Origin: Pseudomonadota bacterium
Lineage (GTDB): Bacteria > Pseudomonadota > Alphaproteobacteria > Rickettsiales > SXRF01
NCBI GenBank assembly: GCA_963205195.1
Contig: CAUJHR010000008.1
Coordinates: 2,329 to 66,328, forward strand
Direction: 5' to 3'
DNA length: 64,000 nucleotides
A program made the translations under genes and the position numbers. How positions within the stretch are numbered: position 1 is the stretch's first letter; every line of letters starts with the position of its first letter. The notes beneath the pieces are model-generated. The model had not been told where the DNA came from and ran no database searches. It saw only the letters and a program-made list of their open reading frames with translations. Shown piece by piece: positions 7,596 to 17,593 of the stretch.

Positions 7596-8393
7596 TTACT
7601 GCGCTGTCCAGCCGCCATCTATGGTGAGTATTTCCCCAGTCATAGCAGCGCCATCCTCTCCGCAGAGGAAAGCTATAATGGCACCTATATTTTCGGGTTT
7701 CACGAAACGTTTATTAGGTTGCTTTTCACCAAGAAGGTTAGCGGTTGCCTTTTCCACGCTGATATTTCCTTCCTTGGCTTTATCCTCGATCTGTTTTTGC
7801 ACAAGTGGTGTGTGTACCCAGCCCGGGCAAATAGCGTTACAAGTTATATTAGCTTCCGCCGCTTCCAGTGCAACAACCTTAGTAAGACCAACTATCCCAT
7901 GCTTAGCTGCCACATAAGCAATCTTGTGCTGTGATGCTACCAGACCATGAACTGAGGCTATATTTATGATGCGCCCGAAATCGCGTTTACGCATTCTTGG
8001 AAGTGCAGCTTTTATAGCATGGAAACTTGCTGATAAATTGATCGCAATAATAGCATCCCACTTTTCTTCCGGGAATTCTTCCACGGTTGCTGTGAACTGA
8101 ATTCCGGCATTATTTACCAGTATGTCAACACTGCCTAAGTTTTTCTCGCAATCTGCAACCATATTCCTGATATCAGCGGGCTTGCTCATATCCGCCCCAT
8201 CATAAATCGTCTTAACACCATATTTCTTTGGAAGTTCAGCAATGATTCCATCTATTGTGGCTTTATCACCCATGCCATTCACCATGATATTGCATCCTTT
8301 GGACGCAAGAACATGCGCTATGGCAAGGCCAATTCCGCTGGTAGAACCAGTTATAATCGCATTTTTTCCACTAAGTGCTCCAGTATTTGCCAT
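7596..8393 (-). CDS. bdhA: 3-hydroxybutyrate dehydrogenase (SDR family)
   Basis: LSGKNAIITGSTSGIGLAIAHVLASKGCNIMVNG at the N-terminus, and the YVAAKHG catalytic Y-x3-K. Confidence 0.8.
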   Translation of the reverse strand: MANTGALSGKNAIITGSTSGIGLAIAHVLASKGCNIMVNGMGDKATIDGIIAELPKKYGVKTIYDGADMSKPADIRNMVADCEKNLGSVDILVNNAGIQFTATVEEFPEEKWDAIIAINLSASFHAIKAALPRMRKRDFGRIINIASVHGLVASQHKIAYVAAKHGIVGLTKVVALEAAEANITCNAICPGWVHTPLVQKQIEDKAKEGNISVEKATANLLGEKQPNKRFVKPENIGAIIAFLCGEDGAAMTGEILTIDGGWTAQ

Positions 8394-8483
8394 ATGCCAT
8401 TCTCCTTTTATTTATTATTGCGAATATAGATATATTGTATTTAAGCCTGAATATATAAAATTCACATATATATTTTAAAGTTA

Positions 8484-10337
8484 TCATCCTTGTTGCAGCC
8501 TTCCAGCAATCAACATTTCTACAGATTCGGGATTGAGCAGCGTTGAAGTATCGCCCAATTCGCCCAACTGGTTTGCCGATATTTTACGTAAAATACGACG
8601 CATTATCTTGCCAGACCTGGTTTTAGGAAGCTGGGTTGCGAATTGTATATAATCAGGAACAGCGATAGCACCTATTTGCTCCCTTACCCATGCCTTTAAT
8701 CCAGCCTTAATATGGAAAGATTGTTCCCCGGCAATATCAACATCTCCATTTAAGGTGACATACGCATAAATCCCCTCGCCCTTTATGTCGTGCGGAAATC
8801 CTACTACTGCAGCTTCTGCAACCTGGGGATGGGCAACCAGAGCAGATTCAATTTCTGCGGTTCCCAGCCTATGCCCTGACACATTCAGTACATCATCCAT
8901 ACGCCCAGTTATCCAGTAATATCCGTCTGCATCGCGCTTGGCTCCATCACCACTGAAATAATATCCTGGATATGCGCTGAAATAGGTTTGGCAATAGCGC
9001 TCATGGTCACCATAAATATCGCGTGCAAGCCCAGGCCACGGCTCGGCTATACATAAAGCCCCCTCACCTTCTCCCTCTACCAGCCTTCCTTTGTCATCAA
9101 GTAAAACCGGCTCGATCCCCGGAAGCGGCAAAGTTGCTGAACCCGGTTTAGTTTTAGTTTTACCTGCAAGGGGGCTAATGAGTGTTGCGCCAGTTTCTGT
9201 CTGCCACCAGGTATCAACTATTGGCAAGCTTCCTTCACCTACAACTTCATTATACCAGCGCCATGCTTCAGGATTAATAGGCTCTCCTACGGAACCTAAA
9301 ATACGCAGTGATTTGCGGCTGGATTTTTTTACCCAATCCTCACCTTCTCTCATAAGCGCACGTATTGCGGTTGGGGCAGTATAGAAAATTGTAACCTTGT
9401 ATTTATCTATTACCTGCCAAAAGCGTGAAGGATCGGGATAGTTTGGCACACCTTCGAACATAAGCGTGGTTGCTCCATTAGCAAGCGGGCCATAAAGCGT
9501 GTAGCTATGCCCAGTAACCCACCCTATATCGGCTGTACACCAGAAAATATCGTCCGGTTTTAAATCAAACACTATTTCATGGGTGTAAGAAGCCCATGCA
9601 AGATAACCCGCGCATGTATGCAGCAATCCCTTTGGTTTTCCTGTTGAACCGGAAGTATATAATATAAATAATGGATGTTCAGAATCAAATGACTGCTCTG
9701 GAAAATCCGGGCTTGCAGCTGTAACTATTTCATGCCACCAGACATCACGTCCCCGGTTAAATTTTATATCCGTACCTGTACGCTTAACTACTAATATCTT
9801 TTCTACATCGGTGCCTTCTATTGCCGCATCCACTGTTTCTTTAAGCTGTATGCGCTTACCACCGCGCAGCCCCTCGTCAGCAGTTATTATTATACGGCTC
9901 TTCGCATCCAATATACGACCATTTAGCGCCTGAGCGGAAAATCCGCCAAATACAACCGAATGCACAGCACCTATACGGCAACATGCAAGCATGGCAATAG
10001 CTGCCTCTGGTATCATTGGAAGATATATAGTTATGCGGTCACCAGCTTTTGCCCCTAGCGCTACCAATGCGTTTGCTGCTTTGCAAACTTCACGATGCAA
10101 TTCCCTGTAGGTTATTAAACGATTCTCACCAGCATCATCACTTTCCCAGATTATGGCTGGTTTGTCAGGCTGGGTTTGTAAATGTCTATCTAGGCAATTG
10201 CCGGAAACACTAAGCTTCCCTCCTTCAAACCATTTTATTAATCCTGTTTTGAAGTCAGAGCCATTAACACTATGCCAGCGTGTTTTCCAATCCAGCCGTT
10301 CTGCAACTGATTCCCAAAAGCTGTCTTTTTCGTTCAT
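8484..10337 (-). CDS. acs: Acetyl-CoA synthetase (acetate--CoA ligase)
   Basis: AMP-binding motif [11 protein letters not shown], Acs-typical DTWWQTETG, and C-terminal [11 protein letters not shown]. Confidence 0.9.
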   Translation of the reverse strand: MNEKDSFWESVAERLDWKTRWHSVNGSDFKTGLIKWFEGGKLSVSGNCLDRHLQTQPDKPAIIWESDDAGENRLITYRELHREVCKAANALVALGAKAGDRITIYLPMIPEAAIAMLACCRIGAVHSVVFGGFSAQALNGRILDAKSRIIITADEGLRGGKRIQLKETVDAAIEGTDVEKILVVKRTGTDIKFNRGRDVWWHEIVTAASPDFPEQSFDSEHPLFILYTSGSTGKPKGLLHTCAGYLAWASYTHEIVFDLKPDDIFWCTADIGWVTGHSYTLYGPLANGATTLMFEGVPNYPDPSRFWQVIDKYKVTIFYTAPTAIRALMREGEDWVKKSSRKSLRILGSVGEPINPEAWRWYNEVVGEGSLPIVDTWWQTETGATLISPLAGKTKTKPGSATLPLPGIEPVLLDDKGRLVEGEGEGALCIAEPWPGLARDIYGDHERYCQTYFSAYPGYYFSGDGAKRDADGYYWITGRMDDVLNVSGHRLGTAEIESALVAHPQVAEAAVVGFPHDIKGEGIYAYVTLNGDVDIAGEQSFHIKAGLKAWVREQIGAIAVPDYIQFATQLPKTRSGKIMRRILRKISANQLGELGDTSTLLNPESVEMLIAGRLQQG

Positions 10338-10346
10338 AACCAGCTC

Positions 10347-10967
10347 CTATTTTGTTTCAATAATATGGTCACCTATATAATTCGGGTTTTGGCTCGCAGG
10401 AAAATGTCCAGTGAGCTGTACCGCGATTTTATTTATGGCATTTATGCAGGAATCACAAATGGAAGATGTTTTCATTCCGGCAATAAATTCTTTTATCACA
10501 TTATCCCAAGCTTCGTCCTGCGTTTTTTCCATCACGGCCCTGTCAGCGATTATGTGGGCATAATGCTCGGCAAGCGATATATATAACAGAACTACAGGGA
10601 CAAATGCCGGGACATTCCTTGAAACTGTCATGTATTCGCTGTAAGCCCGGTGTGCGGCGCGATGAAGCTGTATGTTTTTAGGTATTAAATATATGCAGAA
10701 ATTGCGTAAAAATGGGACAAATACAACCATACAAATAACTAAAAGTTGTACAGAAAATAAAAATGGGAATGATACAGCTATTCCTAAAAACCACAAACAG
10801 GAACAGATTACTCCCCCAAGCACCAACCCTATTAAAAAATTATGGCTTGCATAGCCATCACTTGCAGGAGTTATAACAACTGCTATCTCTGCCGAGGTTA
10901 TACGTTCTGCATCTGTTATAGCCGAGGATATTAATAATTTATCACTTTCTGTCAGTTTAATTACCAT
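10347..10967 (-). CDS. TPM-domain membrane protein
   Basis: N-terminal TPM-like segment (ISSAITDAERITSAEIAVVITPASDGY) followed by TM helices. Third gene of a LemA-TPM-TPM cluster. Overlaps the upstream gene by 7 nt. Confidence 0.65.
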   Translation of the reverse strand: MVIKLTESDKLLISSAITDAERITSAEIAVVITPASDGYASHNFLIGLVLGGVICSCLWFLGIAVSFPFLFSVQLLVICMVVFVPFLRNFCIYLIPKNIQLHRAAHRAYSEYMTVSRNVPAFVPVVLLYISLAEHYAHIIADRAVMEKTQDEAWDNVIKEFIAGMKTSSICDSCINAINKIAVQLTGHFPASQNPNYIGDHIIETK

Positions 10968-11686
10968 GAGCCCGATGACCCTCCGCCGCCAAAACTACCA
11001 CCACCTCCTCTAAAACCGCTACCGCCCGACCAACCCGAAGAACGCGATCCACTAAAACGCGAAGAATTATGAGATAATATCATATATGCGAGAAATGGAT
11101 GGCGCATGGCGAAGCGAAAGAAAACAAACATGAAGAATAAAGTTACTATTAATTGTATAGTTGACGGGCCATTGTTTATGGCTTGAGCCTCAATAGATTT
11201 TCCACCAAGAACATCAAGTATAGCCTGGGCACCATCAATTACTCCTTGCTCGATTTTGCCCTCACGGAAGTCAGGAAGTATTATATTATGGATTATTTTA
11301 CTGGCCGCTGCGTCAGTAAGCAATTCCTCCAGCCCGTAACCAACTTCGATCCGTACCTTATGTTCAACCGGAGCTATTATAAGCAGAACACCATTATCCT
11401 TTCCTTTCTGCCCGATCTGCCATTTACGGCCCAACTGGTAGCCATAATCGCTTATTTCATAACCGCCAAGCGATGCTAGAGTTACAATCACTAGCTGATT
11501 GGAAGTACCGCGCTCATAATCTTCAAGCTTCTGGCTTAACCCCGCAATAACAGACGGGCTTAATATATGTGCCTCATCTATAACCCTTCCGCTAAGTTCT
11601 GGAAAATGAATTGCCGCAAAAACAGGTGTAGCAATTACCAGCAATATAATCAGTGGTAATAAAGCGCGCTTTACAGCTTTAAACAT
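10961..11686 (-). CDS. TPM-domain protein (YgcG-like) with Gly-rich tail
   Basis: Signal/TM N-terminus, DNGVLLIIAPVEHKVRIEVGYGLEELLTDA, and a C-terminal TM plus GGSGFRGGGGSFGGGGSSG tail. Confidence 0.8.
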   Translation of the reverse strand: MFKAVKRALLPLIILLVIATPVFAAIHFPELSGRVIDEAHILSPSVIAGLSQKLEDYERGTSNQLVIVTLASLGGYEISDYGYQLGRKWQIGQKGKDNGVLLIIAPVEHKVRIEVGYGLEELLTDAAASKIIHNIILPDFREGKIEQGVIDGAQAILDVLGGKSIEAQAINNGPSTIQLIVTLFFMFVFFRFAMRHPFLAYMILSHNSSRFSGSRSSGWSGGSGFRGGGGSFGGGGSSGSW

Positions 11687-11688
11687 TT

Positions 11689-12270
11689 TTAGAATTTAAC
11701 TGCTGGCGGATTAGAAGCGCCTTCTGTCGCTACAAATGATTGCTTAGGTTTTGCGCCATGTATCATAGCCCAGATACTGCCCGGAAAAGTACGCACTTTA
11801 GTATTATATTCCTGTATTGTTTCTATATAATCCCTTCGTGAAATCGCTATACGGTTTTCGGTACCTTCAAGCTGCGACTGCAAAGCAATGAAATTATTAT
11901 TAGCCTTAAGGTCAGGGTATTTTTCCACTGAAACAAGCAAACGCGAAAGTGCATAACTTAATTTTCCCTGTGCCAGTTCAAAATTCTTAACTGCTTCAGG
12001 GTCACTTAAATTTTCAGCATTCAAAGTAACTTTTGTAGCATTTGAACGTGCATTAATAACATCGGTCAAAGTTTTTTGTTCAAAGCTTGCAGAGCCTTTA
12101 ACAGTTTCGACAAGATTTGGTATAAGGTCCATGCGCCTTTGGTAATTATTTTCTACCTGTGCCCAAGAAGCATTTACTTTCTCTTCCAAGGCAGGAATTG
12201 TATTTATTCCACTTACAATAAACAAGGCTATAAGACCAAGTCCTACCCATATCCAGATACGGCTATTCAT
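11689..12270 (-). CDS. lemA: LemA family protein
   Basis: N-terminal TM, then QVENNYQRRMDLIPNLVETVKG ... QLEGTENRIAISRRDY, typical of LemA. Confidence 0.85.
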   Translation of the reverse strand: MNSRIWIWVGLGLIALFIVSGINTIPALEEKVNASWAQVENNYQRRMDLIPNLVETVKGSASFEQKTLTDVINARSNATKVTLNAENLSDPEAVKNFELAQGKLSYALSRLLVSVEKYPDLKANNNFIALQSQLEGTENRIAISRRDYIETIQEYNTKVRTFPGSIWAMIHGAKPKQSFVATEGASNPPAVKF

Positions 12271-12306
12271 ATTTTCCCCATTATTTTAAAATTAAGTGTA
12301 AAATTA

Positions 12307-13050
12307 TTAATCTGCAATGCAGTTCATATCCAGCTTTTTTTGAGGAAGCTTATCATTGTCATTATCCCCATGGATGATTTCTTGCTTGTTAAAATAATTT
12401 GGAAACAGGGCAACATGGGAACCACGTATTGTAATGCCAAACTCCCTTAGTTTATGCAAGGAACGTGAAAAAGTTTCCAATTCCATTCCCAACCGTGACG
12501 CTATAAGCGTTTTACTGTAGGGGAGCTCAAAACCGCGAGGATCGAAATCATGTATTATACATAACTCGTGCAGGTAACATGCTATAAGTTCTGAGGCAGT
12601 CATGGTAGAATTGCGCTCAATTTCCATAGAGGTTTTTTGTAGCCTGTGGGAAATTTTAGCAAATAATTTAAAGATCAGGTGATTAAAATTCTTAAGATTA
12701 TTGCGTAACCAATCCATGGGTATTTCTAAAATAATACTATCTTCCACTGCGCGGGCATTCACTTTATAAACTGGCTCAGCGTCAGCTATTTCTGCAAGTG
12801 ATAAAGGATCCCCCGCAACCAGAATATCTGATGTTATTTCATGGCCATCTATAGTTTCACGGAATATCTGCATAGTTCCACTATATACAATATGAAAAAA
12901 TTTCATTTCATCCCCTTGCAGAAATAATAAATTACCGCGAGGCAGATTATGTATCCTTGATATTTGTGATAATGCGAATTTTTCCTGCACGGACATTTCC
13001 GAAAACAGGGATATATTATTTATGACATCAGCACTGCAAACTTTAGCCAT
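12307..13050 (-). CDS. Crp/Fnr-family transcriptional regulator
   Basis: N-terminal cNMP-binding-like beta-roll (LFLQGDEMKFFHIVYSGTMQIF) and C-terminal HTH (SKTLIASRLGMELETFSRSLHKL). Confidence 0.85.
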   Translation of the reverse strand: MAKVCSADVINNISLFSEMSVQEKFALSQISRIHNLPRGNLLFLQGDEMKFFHIVYSGTMQIFRETIDGHEITSDILVAGDPLSLAEIADAEPVYKVNARAVEDSIILEIPMDWLRNNLKNFNHLIFKLFAKISHRLQKTSMEIERNSTMTASELIACYLHELCIIHDFDPRGFELPYSKTLIASRLGMELETFSRSLHKLREFGITIRGSHVALFPNYFNKQEIIHGDNDNDKLPQKKLDMNCIAD

Positions 13051-13174
13051 TTTATATTCTTTCGCGCAAAAATTTAAAATCAGGCGAACAATATCAATAA
13101 TTTCAATAGTTTATTTTTGTGCATTATAGCTGAATTCAAATGACAATCAATTGATTTTTGATAGCTACGGCTTA

Positions 13175-13504
13175 CTAACAACCGCTGCCGCCAGCATTAA
13201 GTGCTGACACCATTGAACTAGCGCCTACGAGAAGGGCGGTTCCTACAATATGAAGAAGTGCAAAATTCCAGGATATTTTATTTAAAAGCGCCAAAATACC
13301 CATAATAATGACGGATAATGTTATTATTCCATGACCTGCATTGCCATCAATCCAGCTAGCCGCAGTGCAAAGCATATTCCCAACATTAGTATCTTGTTGG
13401 GCAAGGCTTAGTTCAGGAAATATCAGGGTGAGGATAACTGTAATAATCAAGGCAGATGGCAGGTGCATTATAGAACTTTCGAATAACCGATTAAAATAGT
13501 ACAC
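13175..13504 (-). CDS. TrbC/VirB2-like pilin candidate
   Basis: About 100 aa with a long leader ending SLAQQ, then two hydrophobic helices (HGIITLSVIIMGILALL and LLHIVGTALLVGASSMV). This is the size and topology of T4SS VirB2 pilins. An alternative start is at 13468. Confidence 0.45.
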   Translation of the reverse strand: MYYFNRLFESSIMHLPSALIITVILTLIFPELSLAQQDTNVGNMLCTAASWIDGNAGHGIITLSVIIMGILALLNKISWNFALLHIVGTALLVGASSMVSALNAGGSGC

Positions 13505-13604
13505 TACCTTTGCGAGCTATTAGAATAAAGTTAAATTTTTATGACAGGCCATATTTTCTTACACAGCAATATTTTCTTCACAATATATTGATTGATAACA
13601 ATAA

Positions 13605-14897
13605 TTATATTTTAATGCCAAAAAGATCAGAGAGTTTACCAAAAAATTCTATGCAGTTATTATGAATTTCCATATTTCTTAAGCCATCTGGCAGTAATTT
13701 TTCAGGGTAATATCTTTCAACCAGTTTTTCTAATTCATAGAGCATTTTTTCACCCGCAATTACTCCGGTAGTTTCTTTAAGGGTTGATAATGAGCTTTGC
13801 GTAAGGGTTACACGCAGGCGAAGACAGGCAGGACCGCCGCCATTACGCATGCTTTGTCGCAGGTCGAGATAAGTTATTTCATCAATGGGATTACCTCGAA
13901 ATGCCCTTATATTTTCCATAAGCGCTGCGGCTTTGCCTCCAAACAATGTTTTTAGCTCAATAGGTGCAATTACAGCCATTTTTCCATCAGGCTTAGTAAC
14001 TATCTGGCTATTAAAAAAATAGCTATGCACCGCTTCTTCAACACTTAAATCAGAATCACTTATAATTATTGCCTGTAATTGCTCCTGCGGATGGAGAGCT
14101 TTATATGCACTCTCTATCCGTTCAATATCCTGCCTTCCATTAACATAAGCCCGCTCATGAACCAGTAATAAATTTTCATTACTTACAGCTATTACATCGT
14201 TATGAAACACGCCCTTACTTATGACATCCGGATTCTGCTCTATGAATAAAAGCTGGTTTTCTGGAATCCCGTGGTGAATAGCAATTGCTTGCGATGCTTT
14301 AAAATTCTGCCTTTTCCCATAAACAAATACATGCAGCCCTTTATCAATATGACTTGGCGCAAGCAACATATGGTTGGCAGCGCCTTCGTCCAAGAAACCT
14401 TTTTCTGCATCTAATGGTTTATGCACTTCCACTTCTGGAACATGGGAAAATATCTGCCTCATTATATTATAGGTATTTTGCGCTTCTATACGTCTATGCG
14501 GATTTGTATACAGATTAGCAACGGTCAAATGAAGCTTATTATCGCTACTGTCCCATGCCGGTGTGATGGTGGCTGCATTTGCCGCCCACATAAATGAAGA
14601 GGATGAAACCTGCTCAAGCAGATTAAGGGGAGCATTTTCGACATTATAGCCCATTGCATTAAGCGCTTTAAGATTTGGGCGCAGTTGTGGCGGTAAAATA
14701 GCAGTAGCAATCCTCAGAGAGAGCAAATAGCGTGCAAGCGCGATGGCTTGCAAAGCTGCCTGTTTTGGGCTAGACTCGCTGCCGCGGTTCGAGCTGGAAG
14801 CGACATTATCGCCCGAAAGCCCACCATAATGATGGGTAGTTCCCGGCAAGCCGATAAAAATAACTTCACTGGCGCTAATATTTTTTGCAAGGTTCAC
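13605..14897 (-). CDS. astB: N-succinylarginine dihydrolase
   Basis: GLPGTTHHYGGLS near the N-terminus and NGGGPACLRLRV near the C-terminus are AstB hallmarks. GTG start. Confidence 0.9.
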   Translation of the reverse strand: MNLAKNISASEVIFIGLPGTTHHYGGLSGDNVASSSNRGSESSPKQAALQAIALARYLLSLRIATAILPPQLRPNLKALNAMGYNVENAPLNLLEQVSSSSFMWAANAATITPAWDSSDNKLHLTVANLYTNPHRRIEAQNTYNIMRQIFSHVPEVEVHKPLDAEKGFLDEGAANHMLLAPSHIDKGLHVFVYGKRQNFKASQAIAIHHGIPENQLLFIEQNPDVISKGVFHNDVIAVSNENLLLVHERAYVNGRQDIERIESAYKALHPQEQLQAIIISDSDLSVEEAVHSYFFNSQIVTKPDGKMAVIAPIELKTLFGGKAAALMENIRAFRGNPIDEITYLDLRQSMRNGGGPACLRLRVTLTQSSLSTLKETTGVIAGEKMLYELEKLVERYYPEKLLPDGLRNMEIHNNCIEFFGKLSDLFGIKI

Positions 14898-14902
14898 AAT
14901 AA

Positions 14903-16123
14903 ATGCCTCTAAAGACTATATATAACTATGATTTTTCGCAAATGTCGAATACAGATATTTTCCGAGATAAGTTTTTTTCTAAAACATTGAATCTTGCCGA
15001 TCTCAGAATTATTCATGACCATGTGCAGAAAAGCAGTATTGCAATTGCAGGAAAAAACATCCCAGCCGCCATATTCTTAAAAGGCACTTATAGTGGAAAG
15101 ATAAAACCTTTTGTTATACTCGCCCAACTGCACGGAAATGAGCCTGCTGGTCTTGCAGGAATTGCCCTTGCTATCGCACTTTCACAGGCCGGCCTTTTAA
15201 AACAAGACGTAATAGGTATAATTGGAAACCCCCTTGCAGCTAAGCAATATTTCGAAGCTCTTGATAAAAATACCGGTACAAGGCAGGAAACACGTGATGC
15301 TTTCCGTTGCGGGCTTGGGGAAAATGGTGAATTGCTGCCTGACGGTAACCGCATACCGGTAGATTTCATGACACGGGATGATAATTCACATCACATTCAA
15401 AGGTCACGGGAATTATTTATACTTGGACAAAATATATGTGGAATACTAGACATACATTCGGCACGCGGCAACATGATGTGCATAACTGATCATAAAAATG
15501 ACAATGATTTAAAACATAGCCCCATCCGCTCTATACTTACCGAACTGGCGGAAGCAATTTCTGCGAATTCCACTAAAACTGTAACTGTGCAAACGTTAAA
15601 AACCATCTTGCAACCGCTTGCGAATATTACCTTCCAGGTTGGTATAGAAGCAGGCAGGCACGAAGACCCAAAAGCACCACATATTGCCGCAGCTTTCACG
15701 CTTGCCTCTTTATACAATCAGGGAATTACCGAAATATGGCCTTTTGATAAAAATGATAGCGGTATCTTTACACGCTATAGCGTTCAGCCGCGTATAACCT
15801 ATGATGATTTATTGCGTAAAGGGGAGCTTCTTGCAGGTGACCAGATATATATGGCGCGGGAAATTAGCGAGGGAAAGATTGAAGAGTACCAATATGATGA
15901 AATGGAATCTATCAAAGCCGGGCAAGTAGTGGCGATAGCTAAACCATCGAATACAGTTTTTCGCGCTCCGTCTGATTTTTCAGGAATATTTTTCAGCAAA
16001 TCCGGTATACTTTATGATAAAGACCCGGCTGTTGGGCCATGGCCACTTGCAGTTTCTAAGGCAGGTGAAGTAAAATTCTGTTATCCATGCATTGTTTCAG
16101 ATATGAAGATTAATTTTTCCTGA
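14903..16123 (+). CDS. Succinylglutamate desuccinylase/aspartoacylase (AstE/AspA) family protein
   Basis: Zn-ligand motif LHGNEPAG and downstream ILDIHSA. Longer than classical AstE. An alternative start is at 14942. Confidence 0.7.
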   Translation: MPLKTIYNYDFSQMSNTDIFRDKFFSKTLNLADLRIIHDHVQKSSIAIAGKNIPAAIFLKGTYSGKIKPFVILAQLHGNEPAGLAGIALAIALSQAGLLKQDVIGIIGNPLAAKQYFEALDKNTGTRQETRDAFRCGLGENGELLPDGNRIPVDFMTRDDNSHHIQRSRELFILGQNICGILDIHSARGNMMCITDHKNDNDLKHSPIRSILTELAEAISANSTKTVTVQTLKTILQPLANITFQVGIEAGRHEDPKAPHIAAAFTLASLYNQGITEIWPFDKNDSGIFTRYSVQPRITYDDLLRKGELLAGDQIYMAREISEGKIEEYQYDEMESIKAGQVVAIAKPSNTVFRAPSDFSGIFFSKSGILYDKDPAVGPWPLAVSKAGEVKFCYPCIVSDMKINFS

Positions 16124-17567
16124 CATATATACTTGCTACGTCATCATGGAATACTTCATCCCATTTGTCATGGTAATATCCCTTGGTATAATTTAAAGCA
16201 AATGGCCTGTCGTTTCTTAAAATTATCATATTTATTTTATATGAATCCAATATTTTCTCCCAGCCATCTTCCAAAGAGTAAATGCTTATGAAATCCTGCA
16301 GAATCTTTTCTTCGTAAACACTCCCTGCGCGCCCATCAACAAAAACCGGGAATTCACCTTTACTTTCATAAATTATCCTTCCGCCCATATCGTAATCATT
16401 AAATACGCGTTTTCCCTGATAATTCTTTATTAAGTAACTTATAGCAGGAAGGACAGCTTTTTCACGCCTTTCCATATAATGCTCTTCGCCTAAAACCGGC
16501 AGCATAAAATAACCTATAGTCATAATTGCAAATATTGCTGCCATAATTTTCGGTGAAGAATTCTTATTATTAAGCCATGCTGCAAGTTTATGTGTATTTA
16601 TATCATCTTTGTTATCAGGAGGCAGGCAGCCAGCCAGGTATGGCGCACCGAGAATAGCCAGCAGCCCCATATTTCGTACAGAAATCATCATCGCAAATAG
16701 CCACGAAACCACTAATATTTTATCTGCCAGGAAAGTATTTTTACCGCGCAGGTTGCTGAATATTATAAAAGCTGCAAACCATATTGAAGCACCGATAACA
16801 TTTCCAAATACAAAGGGGTTCCATTCATTGATATATTTAGTAATAACGCTATTCTTTACGCTAATAATGAAGGTTACCAGGCTGATCCCATAGGGATTTA
16901 TAAGAACACTAAGCAAGCATACAATGCCGACTATAAATAACTTTATGAGCCATGATTTATTCTTGAAATAAATTGCTTCAAGGCCATATGCACCGATTAT
17001 AAATAGCCCAGCTATGAAACTGGCATGAATATTAACCCATAACAGCATTATAAAGGGTAATAAATAAAGACAGCGGCAATTATTATCCAGACGGGTTTTG
17101 CTTAAAATATGGTTGAAAGCAAGTGCGAAGAAAAGACCTATCAATTGCGGCCTGCCTGTTGCAAATTCCAGCAGGCAGTAAATGGTGATAAAGCCAATTG
17201 CAATAAGGGCGTTAATTCCTATTTCAGGTCGTGAACCAAGGCTTTTAAGCAATAAAGCAACCAGCAGCGCCGGACATGATGCTGCAAATATAAAAAGCCC
17301 TTCTACGCCAAACTTCTCATGCACTAAGCTTAATATTATGTCCCACAACCATGAGTGGTTATACCACTGTTGTTCGCTTCCAGAAAAGGACCAAGTATCA
17401 TGGTGCGGTAAGTTGTCCAAAGAGCGTATCAGATCACCTGCTGCGATATGCCAGCCCATATCGTTATCTTGCAATATCGGTGGGGCAACAATATAGATAA
17501 TAATAAAGCTAACCAGGAACGCTAACAATATCAATGGCGCCGGCAAAAATTTCCTGATCTTTTCCAT
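16110..17567 (-). CDS. Polytopic membrane protein, possible GT-C-type glycosyltransferase (paralogue 2)
   Basis: 485 aa with more than 10 predicted TM helices. First loop QDNDMGWHIAAGDLI ... WSFSG ... WYNHSWLWD, and a C-terminal soluble domain (FVDGRAGSVYEE). Roughly 55-60 % identical by eye to 17594-19063. Function is inferred only. Confidence 0.75.
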   Translation of the reverse strand: MEKIRKFLPAPLILLAFLVSFIIIYIVAPPILQDNDMGWHIAAGDLIRSLDNLPHHDTWSFSGSEQQWYNHSWLWDIILSLVHEKFGVEGLFIFAASCPALLVALLLKSLGSRPEIGINALIAIGFITIYCLLEFATGRPQLIGLFFALAFNHILSKTRLDNNCRCLYLLPFIMLLWVNIHASFIAGLFIIGAYGLEAIYFKNKSWLIKLFIVGIVCLLSVLINPYGISLVTFIISVKNSVITKYINEWNPFVFGNVIGASIWFAAFIIFSNLRGKNTFLADKILVVSWLFAMMISVRNMGLLAILGAPYLAGCLPPDNKDDINTHKLAAWLNNKNSSPKIMAAIFAIMTIGYFMLPVLGEEHYMERREKAVLPAISYLIKNYQGKRVFNDYDMGGRIIYESKGEFPVFVDGRAGSVYEEKILQDFISIYSLEDGWEKILDSYKINMIILRNDRPFALNYTKGYYHDKWDEVFHDDVASIYVRKN

Positions 17568-17593
17568 TTCAATTACAATCCGGCTATGAGGAG

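Noticed and set aside
13145-13156. The palindrome AATCAATTGATT as an FNR/CRP box.
   Set aside because: It does not match TTGAT-N4-ATCAA or TGTGA-N6-TCACA spacing. I kept it only as a remark in the VirB2/Crp finding.
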